Source: Lingula anatina
Taxonomy: Eukaryota; Animalia; Brachiopoda
DNA: 64,000 bases
Direction of reading: 5' to 3'
Assembly (NCBI GenBank): GCA_051362555.1
Contig: CM120641.1
Location: 26,790,401 to 26,854,400, forward strand
Shown: one piece after another, positions 1-12,088 of the stretch
Layout: the number at the start of each line of letters is the position of its first letter
Position numbering within the stretch: the stretch's first letter is position 1
Position numbers and translations under genes: made by a program
The notes under the pieces: generated by a model
The model's input: only the letters and a program-made list of their open reading frames with translations
Told to the model about the DNA's origin: nothing
Database searches by the model: none

Positions 1-104
1 ACATGGTGCATATTTATATCTCAATGAATATCTAAGTTATAGACTAGAATCCTGACCATGATAGTACTGCAGACGGGAGACGGGTTGTATCACTAAAACT
101 CGAC

Positions 105-119
105 GCCGGCAGAGGGCGC
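105..119 (+). promoter_or_regulatory. CTCF-like motif upstream of the first gene; a YY1-like AAGATGGCG overlaps its start codon
   Basis: GCCGGCAGAGGGCGC resembles the CTCF core CC(A/G)(C/G)(C/T)AG(A/G)GGGCGC. Motif match only. Confidence 0.35.
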
Positions 120-129
120 GAAAGTCAAG

Positions 130-1420
130 ATGGCGGACGGCGAAGACGAAAACTTCAGCGATCCGTATGCAGGTATTATGAACTAACTTCATTTACCGAA
201 TATGATAATAAGTGACACAAGGGATCATGCTGTTTGTTTGCTGTTTAATTGATGTAATAATATTAACATGTGAGGAAGCTGTAGTATAATGCCCAGCTTA
301 CTAAAAGATCTTATCTGCACTAGCTACCGTCCCCACCCAACAACAACAAATACATCTGTACCTATGAACATTTGTCGTTGCATGGGGAGTTCTCAATGCA
401 GAACATTCAAAGTGGATCCCAGTCAAAATGAGTGTTCATCAAAGTGTGCGCTCAACGTAGCAAGCCCATCTGCCTCCTCTCCAAGTCACGCCAGCAGACT
501 GTTTTCCTTTTTGAAAATGAATTCCAATCTAATATACTATATTTTTCTCGTAGTATCCACGGATGAAAAAGGCCCAGAAGACTACGTTCGTGTTCAGGTG
601 GTCGTCCTGGGACTACAGGCGAAGAGTACACTGCAAGGATTCAAGATGGTCAAGAAACCAGCTAATTTTACTGTTGATGTTAAATATGAGGAGAGGTTTG
701 TAACAAGGATTAATGCAATGATCTTCAATGCTTCGCTGTCCAGAATTAACTTATGTCATTCAGTCGGTATGGCTGCCAGTCTGAATAGCTCCCGTCCCTG
801 TAATTTGCCATTAAAATATTCCTCTAAAGCAAGTTAACAGGCGCTTTATAAAGATCATCCCCTCATGGAAAAATCTTCATTTTCGTTTGTTAACTTTTGA
901 TGCAAAGATGAAATGCTGGGACTTTGTTTTGCTTCACAAGCAGTGTATAAAAGTAAAATAAGGGAAGTTTAAATAGAAATGCACTCTTACAGGTCCTTCA
1001 CCCTTTTGGTTTTTGCCAAAGATAAAGACAAAAAGAAGAATCCCAGTCTGAAGAACTGCAAAGTGCATATCAAGAAACTGCCAGATGAAATCATTCCATC
1101 TGACTGCTATTATAAGGTTTGGAAATAATATTATTGTAGTATTCATTTATTAATATTCATTTTAAAAGATAATGCTTTTCAGCGTATGTTTTAGTGTATC
1201 TACAGTACTTAGTATACTTCAAATCTAATCATTTCATATAACAAATAATATTAGTATACTGAAACTGCAGCATTTATAACATTTAAATGATATGATTTTA
1301 CAGGTCGACAAGGAACTTATAACAATATTTCTGCACAAAGCGAAGTCCAGGTCCTGGGAGCGAGATCTTGCTACACATGGCTTAGATACATATACAGAAG
1401 AAGATGGTGTCTCTAGCTAG
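130..1420 (+). CDS. Small CS-domain (p23/SGT1/CacyBP-like, HSP20-like fold) protein, 141 aa
   Basis: Exons 130-172, 554-695, 993-1116, 1304-1420, all GT-AG and phase-consistent. Protein MADGEDENFSDPYAVSTDEKGPEDYVRVQVVVLGL...VKYEERSFTLLVFAKDKDKKKNPSLKNCKVHIKKLPDEIIPSDCYYKVDKELITIFLHKAKSRSWERDL...*. The F/Y.ERSF.L...L...I.P..C.YKV....I.I.L.K....W pattern is typical of CS domains. Confidence 0.8.
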
Positions 1421-2851
1421 TAATATTAGACAACTAGCATCACGTGTGTGATATCTTTTATGAAGATTTTCCTGATGACGTAATATAAACCCATTTTCTG
1501 TGTATCCATCTATTTTACATTATGACGCGGTTCTTTTATGCATGTTTGTTGTGATGTATGTCACTTGGTGCAGATGTGCATCTGGTGTCAAGTAATGACA
1601 GTGGTACTTTAGTCATGTTATACAATGTAGGTGCTAACAGATGTATCTTCATAAATGTTTTCAATTTTACAAGGACTAGGAGCAAATGTTCTCATCAAAT
1701 TTATCAAATATTGTGAAGTATTATGAATCACTACGTAACAGCATTGAAAATGATAACAATTTGTGCATCAGCTTTTTAGAACATTTTTAGAGGCATTCAT
1801 GCTTGGATAGTTTTTTCAAAAGGAAGATGAAATAAATGTCTTTTCACATTTTATTTTGTATGTTTAACAGGATATTTGTATATTTAGCTTTTGCTTATAA
1901 AGTAGGTAGTGTGCAGTCTTCTTGCAAAGTTTAGGTTAATTTCCTATACATTTCGTATGCTACCTCCACATTATTCACTTCTGTAGAAAAAGTGTTGATT
2001 TCTAGCTGAGATGTATTTTTAATATACTACCCCTAGATAACAAGGGTTATGTAAATGCCCCTGATATGCATAGTGATACAAGACGTGGAAGAAGTCTTCT
2101 GAGTGCCCATTTGACAAGTTCAGTTTAAGTACTGGTTAGTTACATGTAACTTCAATATTGTTAGTGGTACTAGTAACCCGAAGCAAAATGTGAAAATATT
2201 TCTACAAGATGTTGCTTTCAAAAAATATATATTTATTACAGTAGTGCAAAAGAATGAATTTAACTTGACAAAATATTAGCCATCAGTTTTATGGCATTTT
2301 ACAACGGTATTGCATGTTCACAATTTTAGTTGTCTTTTAGGTGCCTTTGTGACAATATATGATTTACTAGTAGTCAAGTTAAATGAGGCATTTCAGACCC
2401 GTAGGCTGTTGTTGAAAAGTGAGACAAGTCACCAAAAGCACACCCATGGGTAAATCTAGCTCATAAGTGGAATAATTATGGCACAATTCAATCGGAGGCA
2501 AAAGCTTAGTGTACCTCAACCTTACAATGGTCATGCATTTGTTTCTTTCACTGTAGTCCTCTTGTGTTCTGATCTGTGTATAAGTCAGTGGGGTATCTTT
2601 TTCTATTTCAGACAAATTTTTCATTTTATATTCCAATTTTGAATGTCACAGTATACAAGAATTCACTTTCATTAATCCAATGAAATATAGCTAAATTTTG
2701 ATTAAATCTTATCTGAGAGGGAAATTAGTTGATTGTTCACTTATTATATTCGTTGTGTGTTTACTTTCCACCGGGAGAAATACTGTTAGTGTCAGTCCTG
2801 CACTTGAAGTTCTTTTCTAATTTTGCTCTGCAAAACTACTTTGGTCCTCAT

Positions 2852-3184
2852 TTAAGATTTGTCCGACTGGGACTCTGAGTACTTCAAAATGTCTGCCACG
2901 TTTCCCTCAATAGTTTTGAGGAAACGATGGTCCCCATCAGTGACCGTAATGACCACCCTGTCTTCCTTGTGGGCCACCAAGTCATTAATTGTGAAGGACT
3001 TGGACTCGGGGTGTTTTAAATGGCCATTGGTTTCTTCTTTAGTATGGGGCGGCGACTTTTTCCAACGTATTTGGAAATGCAGAGACTGCGGTGAGATTTT
3101 CTTCTGCTTCTTGTCTATAGTTTTTCGGAAAACGTCTAGGGCATACTTTTGGATGATGCACTCGGTTGACGTTACTTGGGACAT
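2852..3184 (-). pseudogene. Short paralog (110 aa) of the adjacent LIN-24-like protein with an in-frame deletion of the pore-forming module; truncated gene or pseudogene
   Basis: MSQVTSTECIIQKYALDVFRKTIDKKQKKISPQSLHFQIRWKK..KHPESK aligns to residues 1-66 of 4530-5309. SFTIN..DRVVITVTD..FLKTIEGNVADILK aligns to about 174-211. An intact acceptor (cattcctttcag) lies 24 nt upstream of the ATG, and a donor AG|gtaaga is at 3360. Confidence 0.75.
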
Positions 3185-4529
3185 CTTTTTAAGTCGGTAA
3201 TGCGGCGTCTGAAAGGAATGTTTTTTTTTTACGTAATTTGCGACACGATTCGACAAACAATTCTTCTTTTTACAACGGAACAAAATTTCGTTGATGAAAT
3301 ATTGTTTTCAGGTAGCTCATTACTCTTCATGTGGCTAATAATTATGCAGCGTTTTCTTACCTAATTTTTTGGAAAGGAAAGCCGATCTGTGTCCGTTTGC
3401 CCGGTGTTGATTAACGTGTAGTTACGTGTACGTGTAGTTTTATTTTCTTTAAGTACTTCTTGTAGAAAGAAGTGACGCATTTTGCATCAGTCATTTGCCA
3501 GAAAATAACCTAACGGAAAGATTTTGGATATCAGTCCTCAACCACCTTATAAGGTACAGGTACTTTCTACCTGTCAGACAGAACACAAAGAAAATATTCT
3601 TTAATTCAAAAGAAATGAAAGTTTGACAGGTGACGATGTTGAAATTCCCACGAGTCACGCTTTTCATATGTTGACACGGCTGATTCATATTTACTCTCGG
3701 AAATTCCGTCATGTTATTTGTTGCTCATATCAGATAAACATCCGTTTAACTTGTCTCTTTCTTCCGATGCTGCTTTTTTTTTTACATCGGACTACTAATC
3801 AAACATTAAAGTAGGTTAAGTAAATAACTACTAAATAAGACGTCACTAAACACTGACTAAAAGGGCAAATATTTGGCTATCACAGAAAAGTGATTTTATT
3901 ACATCGTATAAAGCCATAAGGAGACTGATTGTATAAAATATAAATATTAGACATTAGCAACAAATGCGGTTATGATCCATGGAAATGTATTTTGCCTCCG
4001 GTAGCTGATGGTGAAATGATATAGCTGAAATGCACTGAATCGCTCTAAGTCTTCTCTATCGCAATCGCGAACTATACCTACTCTATCACACTATTTTGTC
4101 TATGTTTAGAAATTGAAATAGGCTACTTGATGTTAACTCTGAACTTTTGTGCCCTTTGTACTGCAATTATTATAATATAACAGCTAATTCGAACAATTAT
4201 CATTTTCAAAAAGTATAATTGGGTTTCTTTTTAATTATAAGTTATAACTTAAAAGCATAGAAATACTTACAAACTGATTAGGTCAAATATCCCTGTATGT
4301 ACGTATAAAGTTTTCAACTATTATCTCTGTGTAAGTAAATCTTCGCCTACCCAGAGGCGATATATCCTTTGTGAACTTCACAAGTTAAAAAGAAACATAC
4401 ATACATTTCTTTTTTACTTGTGCTTGAATGATATTTCATGCACCTACATTCACAATGATTCGTCGTTCCCGTCCATGGGTCTGAATACGATACATGCTGT
4501 ATATGCTGTCCATCACGACGTCTGGCTTA

Positions 4530-5309
4530 TCACTGCACATCGTTGTTGTTCAGAGGCTGCTGGCTCAACTTCACGTGCTGCTCAATACCGTACCTGAAAT
4601 GGCACCGTCCTTTAGTTTCGAAGCAGACCGAGTTCTTTTCAACGCGGAAGCCCTTTAGACCATTTTCGATTTCCCTTTTGAAGATGTTGACAACATTTCC
4701 CTCAACAGTTTTCACAAGGCAGTTGTTCTCCCTAGTGTTCGTGATGCTGATCATGACGTTGCCTTCAAAGCGACTCTGAATGGTGAAGTGCCCGCCGTAT
4801 TCCGTTTCCGAAACGATGAGTTCGGCTAATGTTTGGCTTTTTGGTGCTACGCGGATTTGACTGTCAACGCCCCAGCTTAATTCCTCCTCCGCGATCTCTC
4901 CTTCTAGGCGATTCAATGTGATTTCGCGTTTGAAGCCCGCGTTGGCCTGGAACACCTCGCACGGCGTTTGTAACTGAACGCCCATCTCCTGTCCCATCAT
5001 GACCCCCCTTTCAATCTCCACGTTACACGAGGACCGCGTCACTCGCTGTGTTTGGAAAGAATAGTCTTGTTCCCGGTCTGTGTTGTTTGTGAAAAAAGTT
5101 TTGAATAAAACTTGAGCCTGTGGGTGTTTTGGTCGCGTCTCGTTCCCGTAGACAGGTTCAGCGTGGATGAATTTGACTCTCTTCCAGTTGATGGTGTACT
5201 CCAGTGCTTCATCTGGGATGCGTTTTTGCTCTTTGTCCTTCGTTCTGTCGAACACATCTTTGGCGTAGGCCTTCATAATGTCTTCAATGTCTACCACTTC
5301 GGTCGGCAT
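4530..5309 (-). CDS. LIN-24-like aerolysin / ETX-MTX2 family beta-pore-forming protein, 259 aa, single coding exon
   Basis: Motifs LFKTFFTNNTDREQDYSFQTQRVTRSSC, amphipathic hairpin GVMMGQEMGVQLQTPCEVFQANAGF, EEELSWGVDSQIRVAPKSQTLAELIVSE and KGRCHFRYGIEQHV are characteristic of invertebrate LIN-24-like proteins. 5'UTR acceptor ttttctcttttcag lies 25 nt upstream of the ATG. No signal peptide seen. Confidence 0.88.
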   Translation of the reverse strand: MPTEVVDIEDIMKAYAKDVFDRTKDKEQKRIPDEALEYTINWKRVKFIHAEPVYGNETRPKHPQAQVLFKTFFTNNTDREQDYSFQTQRVTRSSCNVEIERGVMMGQEMGVQLQTPCEVFQANAGFKREITLNRLEGEIAEEELSWGVDSQIRVAPKSQTLAELIVSETEYGGHFTIQSRFEGNVMISITNTRENNCLVKTVEGNVVNIFKREIENGLKGFRVEKNSVCFETKGRCHFRYGIEQHVKLSQQPLNNNDVQ

Positions 5310-5970
5310 TTTGCTGGTTTGTTGAAATCACTGTCTGAAAAGAGAAAATTATAGTGAATATACATCCGCGCTGAGAGCATACTCATAATAAAGCTGGAAA
5401 CAGTACGATTATTAATTTATCAGTGATCAGACCGATTGTGGCTTGACTCGATAATAAATCACCAATGTTTCTTCAAAAAAAGATTCTTTGGTCGTAATAA
5501 AAAGATGTGCTCCCTTAAATATGCTTGGGGTGTTTGGAAAAATTCCATCAAAATCCTTTGTTTTACAGGTGAGGGACTTTCGAAAGCCAGAATAATGTCA
5601 AACATGAGATAAGAAAATTCGTAATTTCATCTAAAGAAATTAGATTTAATTAGATGAATGTCTTGGCAAAAGAAATTGCCCTCAGAGCTTTGGGAAAGCA
5701 TTTTTTTAGTTTTGCCTACCATACCTTGGTATAACGTTATTCTCGTGTTGGCAAAACTATATCGATGCTTGTAAATTACATTAGCAACCCAAACCGACGA
5801 GTCAAGTGACTAGCTCGCCAATAACTCCTCTTATACAGAGACTAAGAAAAGGCCATGTTTTTTCGATCGATCAGGAACATCTTCCACTAGGTTTTTCAGT
5901 ACTGAGCACTGTGATGGGTAGAGTTTCCAGTAATTATATGGATAAATGCATGGGTTTGATAAAGAATGTA

Positions 5971-5971
5971 A

Positions 5972-6018
<47 letters not shown>
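5971..6018. repeat. (ATT)n microsatellite
   Basis: Pure ATT run; explains the poly-Y and poly-N ORFs. Confidence 0.95.
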
Positions 6019-6019
<1 letters not shown>

Positions 6020-7093
6020 TCGAATTTTCAAAACTTGAAAACAATAATTCGCTTCATGTTTTAATACATGATGCTATATTATTGGATCGTTATCCTGGAC
6101 TCTATAATTATATATTTTGTATGCACTTGGTCAAGGAGTTCGGTTTTGAGCACCGCGCAAGAGAGTAATGCCAAGACGTTCATAAAGATAATGGAGGGGC
6201 TCCCGAGGTTTCAGTGCAGGTCTGCTGGGGAGGAAAATCAATAAGATTCCCCATATATCGCTCAAATCTGTGAACGTCTCTGGGAGATGGGGAAATGCAA
6301 AATATATTACGGCAAGGCATCCAGACCATTTTATAAAATGCACTGGGTTTCCTATGAGATCTGTATTGTAGTGAATCACTAACTGGCAAAACGTTTTATT
6401 TCCCTTCTGCGTCGAATACATTTCTTTTTTAACTGTCGAGGCGGCATCCTTTCATGCAACTAGAATTGTTACCTGTTAGAATTAGCTATAACCATTTCAA
6501 ATGATCTATATACAAAAAATTGATTGCCCTTTTAGTATCTAATAAATGTCATTTTTCTCAACATTGGATACAAGCACATAAAAAACATCGTTCGGATAGA
6601 AGTAAACATATTATTTTGGAAGGTCGAATTCAAGGTGCTGCCATACCAAACAGCTGTTTCCTGACAGGGGTTACCTGTAAAATGTTAACCAGACGGGCGC
6701 GTGCTTACCACACTTTCCTTGTTGCTCGACCTGAATATTGCACACCTGCCCTCTTTGCTCACCTACTGTCTCGGCTAATGATGATTTACTTCTATGTACC
6801 AACATTAATGCAGTGGAAGTCTTATTTGAAAAAGCAGATCTAGACTTTTGGCCTTCCTTTGGATATTGCTCGTTTGTTCTTCGCCTTACTTTGAACGCCT
6901 AGTTTGAACACTATATGAAATCATATAAGCATGTAGATTATGACATTAACTTAATGCGCGATAATGCATCTTATGCGGATCGATTCAGGTATATTGCTGT
7001 AAAATATTTACCAAGCGTTTATCTAACGTTCGTGCACCAAATCTTTAAACCAAATATAGAAACGTGACCGGCACGCGTCTATCAAATAGGCCA

Positions 7094-7150
7094 GGAATTT
7101 GATATGAGTATAAATGGTAAAATGGAATTTGATATGAGTATAAATGGTAT
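7094..7150. repeat. Short tandem duplication, 30-bp period
   Basis: GGAATTTGATATGAGTATAAATGGTA occurs twice in tandem. Confidence 0.85.
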
Positions 7151-8657
7151 AAAAGTTTTTCTGTTGCTGTCAGAAGCGATAATCGCTTTGCTAGTATGTA
7201 CATTTTATATCTTCATTGCATTCATTTCTGCAGTGGGCAAAGTACGCTTCTTTTGATTAGGTGATAGTGTTTACAATGCAATGCACCAGATACAATTGTG
7301 AAGTAAACAATCATATCAAGGTCGGGTCATTAGCAATCAGATAGAAGTGACAGCTGAACGATACAACATTCTATTTCAGTCTTTGCTTATAAAAAATGCA
7401 TCCATCCTCTTTGCTGATCCTCCAAGCTGTTTTTTAGCATCAGTTACACCGAAAAAACTTTTTAGCAACAGAACAATTAAGGACTGACACGCCTTCACAG
7501 ACCCACCTAATGTCAAAACACATAATAATTTGGGGTGCAGAGATACATAACTGAACTGTATATAAGATATAACTGACAGGAAAATCATCATAAGACAATC
7601 TGAAAAGTTCACCGTGTTCTATGTGATATCCACTCATGCAGTTGCACCTGAAGATATTGAAGAGACTCACGCCATACAGAAGCACGCGAACACCGTGTAA
7701 TTTGCCAGTCGTCATCAGTTATCACACTCGGAGGAGTCAAAACGAAAATAATAGCTACTTCGCAAAATCATTACCAGAACAAGAAATTTGTCAAAGTCTT
7801 TTCTACAAATTCCATGCATAGACGCACGCTAGGTATGGCGATGGTTAACACCATCTAGTTATAGTGTAGTAGGTCATAATCTCTCTGTCATTTTCACAAA
7901 CATTGCACTTGCGTTAATGTTTTTCATGTTATGAAAATATCAATTGTAAATAAAACGACATTAGCTATATGAATATCAGCATGTAGAATATGAACACACT
8001 CAACGTGTTTAATATTTGAGCCATAACATCAACATAACCCGCATTCTTACCATGTCAGATAGAAAGGAAGACTGCGCATCACACATGATACTGTATTGTA
8101 TTTTTGTTTATATAGTATGAATGTGTTCAACACAAATTCTATAACAGGTGGACGCGGGCCTGGACATTAATAATAATGCATTTCAGAAAATGAACCTATT
8201 TCTTTTTTAAATGGGCAATACCCGTGCAATGAACGAGAGAAAATTCATTTCTAAAGATGAACTTTTGAGTAGTGTGATTGGATGGAGCAAAATATTCGAA
8301 TTTAAGATCCAAATGAATTGATTTCAATTGCTGCTTTTAAATATATGAAACACAAGGCAGTTTTAATATGATTTCCGACGCTTTTACCTGCCCAACTATA
8401 AAGATTCTACTTCTAGAGCAAACGCTAACCTATCCTAACACCTGGCCTCTGAGGAGGAACAACTGCAAACATCAAATTAAGTAACAATCTTATATTCCCA
8501 TTTGTAAAAGATCGAGATTTTTTTCATTATAAGTATCATAATTCACACCGAAATATAAGCCTACCTTGATGAATCAAAATGGCCACAGCTGTATTCCTAT
8601 GAGATCGACCGATGAACCAGCTGGCATGTACAAGTAACAAGGTTTGATTAACGTGAG

Positions 8658-8674
8658 AGCGCCCTCTGGGGGCC
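8658..8674 (-). promoter_or_regulatory. CTCF-like motif
   Basis: Reverse complement GGCCCCCAGAGGGCGCT is close to consensus GGCCACCAGGGGGCGCT. Motif match only. Confidence 0.4.
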
Positions 8675-11116
8675 CATAAAATGCCGTCTTACAATTGGTC
8701 GATTCTCTTTCCCCACGTCAGAAACAATGCCGATGATACAAAGCCGAGGCATACATTATGCATGCTAATCGATTTAATATGATATGAATGCTGTAAATAA
8801 TCATATCTTATTGCATTAGAGTTCAACCGATACCGGTATTAGCGTCGCGTCCCATTCAACTGCGTTCTTTATTGATTTGTTAGGCAGAAAGATTGCGCTG
8901 CACACATTTTCACAGAATGGCATTCATTCGTAGAAAAAAGTACAGTCCTCATTTTAATGCCTACGTTGAATACCATCAACTTGCAGAAAAACGGAGGGTT
9001 GAGGCGTCAAGAAAAAAATCTTATACTTTTACAAGCAGGAAGATATTTCTTTTTCTTTTTTTATGTAATATACACGTAGTCCTTTTTTAACTGTGAAAAG
9101 AATTTTCAAATATACTTTTTTGGCCGAAATAACAAACACTCACAGAATAAAATCGCCTCTACTAGTGGGCAATATTCCCAGTAAAGAGTACACTATTTAT
9201 CGAAATTACTTCGTCAACGATTATATTGATATGTATCAACAAAAAGACCCTTACCTTTATCTAAAACAGGATGCTCTTCACTTCCGCAGTTACAGGGACT
9301 CTCCTCCACAGCCAATGGAAGTATTCTGAAAGCCAAGCATATTGAAAATGAATCTTAAATCCAATTTTCCGTCACTGCTGTGTTTGCCTAAATGCATTTT
9401 AAGATTGGTAGATAGCAGTCAATATTTCATGGTTATTCTTTCAGATGAAAGAGTTATTTAACATGACGGATGGGACAAAAATCAATGAGTTGATGGAAAC
9501 ATTCACCCATCAACCACACTCAGCGAGTTGCTGTGCCCATCTCATTGTGTTTTGTCTTCGCAAACGCAATCTTTGTGAAGGCGGTTGGAGATGAGCACTT
9601 GAAAGACAATCGCCTTTTGTTGACACATTTAAAACTCCACACACGATTCAGTTCACTAAAGCTGTAGAATAAGGTCAAAAATTTCATCTAAATAGACCTT
9701 TTCGTTCATTGTGACTGACATGCAATGTTAATGCTGGAAGTTATGAGACTTCTATAGAAATGTACCTACCAGTCCCAGCAAAAAAACCGCCTAAAATATC
9801 AGAAAAAGCTTCCGATAATTAAGTATGCATACTCCACAATTATAACCGAACATCAATTTATGAAATAATTTCCGGAAACAGCTTGTAGTTTATCCTCAGT
9901 CTGATATGCCATACCGTTCACCATAATTGCAGGGTGATATGGCTCGGGGTCTTATCAAGCACAATTTACTGAGGTGTAGGTCGACTACCCGTGACTATCA
10001 GCAATGCATATTTATATACCGTTACATTCCTTTGTTTTACACCCAAGGGTAACGTCAAATGTAAACACATTTTTATGACTTTACAAGAACAGAAATTGCC
10101 TTTGGTCGACGAACAGGCCTGCTTCCCCCTCTCATGCCTTCTCGAGCCTTTTGATCTCCCCTTACAAGCAGGCTCATATCTCAGAGTTAGCGGTCTCAGT
10201 CTAGGGCGTTGTTACATCAAATATTTGTGTTGTTACGTTAATCAACGTTACAACTCTTAAAAAATTACCCTTTTTCCATCAGATATTAGCCTCAGCTTTT
10301 TCCGTGCTCAGATAAAATTACCTAGAGCATCAAAGTCGGAAGATAACTATAACGATGTCCATCTCAGAAAGATATATTATGAAGTTGAAACTTGGACGGA
10401 AAACTTACCTTAAGTAGTCGAGTGACACGGCAAAAGTGTAGGTAAGCCTCTTCCTGACGTATACATGCAAATAAATTCTTATTGGTGCAAAAACCACATG
10501 GTAATCTGACGTCAATGATTTTGCCGCGTAGCATTCAAACTTAAAAAGTAGTGAAATGTTTTTGAAAATAACTCCCAAAAAATCCAGAAAGGGCTTGGAA
10601 ATGTTAACAGGCCAAGAAAAATGTTTCTCATAGGAAATGTTTTATTCAAAGTATAATGGGGAAATAGTACTAGATAAACAAAGAGCGATAAATGATCAAG
10701 ATCAAATACTTGTGTTTCCCGCGCAAACGAGCTTATGGAAAAATGAGTGATTTAAATACGATAATATAACAAGTAGCACTTTTTTCATTTCGTTTTTCTG
10801 GAGGTTAGAATGGAAAATTATTTCAAAGGTGGAAAAAAAAATAATTGAGAGCAAGAGTACGTGCTAGGAAAAATAAAATGATGTAACTTATGTTTTCCCT
10901 CCAAATCTAGTGTTTAGAGGAAAAGTCTTGCAGTATTTCGACAAATACATTTTTATTCCGTTTTAATCAGAGCATTACTACTTCGTTGGATTATTCCAAA
11001 TTAAACTTGCTTAGTATGCAATGCTTTATTAAAACATTTGTTTTTTTTTGCCCATTTTCGACTTTGCAAAGCAATTAACGATTCTGTAAAGCAAAATTTG
11101 GCCTCTATATACAAAA

Positions 11117-11238
11117 CTAATCTAAAATGGCCAATAGCGGATCTATAATTTTCTTCCAGTCCTTAAGCGACCAAGATGGCGTGGCCTGAACGATTTGTAT
11201 TCCATTTATGAAGAAGTCAGGTGTCTGGGCTACTCCTC
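11117..11238 (-). CDS. Alternative terminal exon b of the DsbA-like gene
   Basis: tacttttag|GA GGA GTA GCC CAG ACA CCT gives (R)GVAQTPDFFINGIQIVQATPSWSLKDWKKIIDPLLAILD*. Homologous to exon a and in the same phase. Confidence 0.85.
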
Positions 11239-12056
11239 CTAAAAGTACGAAAAAAAGAAGAAGAGCTGAACGACACAAAACAGCTGGTAAGAAGAGGGAG
11301 AGAGGGAAGAAGAGGTTGAGGTGTGATCAATGATTTTCTTCCAGTCGTCCACAGTCCAAGATGGCGTAGCCTGGGTAATCGTTTTTCCGTTGATGAAGAA
11401 GGTCGGCGCCCCTGCCACCCTTCCTAGAAATATAAAAGTAGGAAAAAACAGGACAGGGCACGGGAAGGTAGGACGAAGGTAAAGAAGACATTTTGGTTTA
11501 AATACAGATACCACGCATCAGGCCCGTAGCCAGGGGGGGGTTCGGGGGGTTCGAAAGAACCGCCCCTTTTGCTGGGAAAAGGTCCACTCTGGGTAAAATT
11601 TGGTCTAGGTACATAAAGTTTTTATGGGAAAAGGTCCACTTTTTCAGAAAAAAGAACCCCCCTTTTGAAGTTGCTGGCTACGGGCCTGACGCATTGTGTA
11701 ATATTACATGTAGCACAAGTGGTAGTAAAATATCGCCATATCAGTTTTACATTTTGACACGTTAAAGTTATAATTAATAATGATGAATTTTTATGATAAG
11801 ATAAAGCACTTTGCAATATCCATTATAGTAACAATAAGTTGTATAAAATGTTTTTCTTTGTTGAGATCCGGTGTAACGAAACTGAGGGTCAGTGTAACAG
11901 AAAGTCCGCCCTCTACTTAGTTATAATGGTTAGGGTAAGCCTGACCTAAGTGGGTCAAAATATAGGATTACCGGAAAAGTAGAAATAAATGGGGAGTGCG
12001 TGGACTCTCTATCTTGGGGGACTCTTTGTCACGTTACATCGGTTATTCAACATTGA

Positions 12057-12088
<32 letters not shown>

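Noticed and set aside
289-837. 182-aa ORF as a complete protein
   Set aside because: Only 554-695 is exonic (exon 2 of the CS-domain gene); the rest is open intron.
4543-5354. Antisense and alternate-frame ORFs over the LIN-24-like CDS
   Set aside because: Shadow ORFs of the real coding strand with no independent support.
5806-6168. Poly-Tyr and poly-Asn ORFs
   Set aside because: Translations of the (ATT)n microsatellite.
6520-6843. AYHTFLVARPEYCTP resembling a LINE ORF2 motif
   Set aside because: Similarity is too short and flanking motifs are missing.
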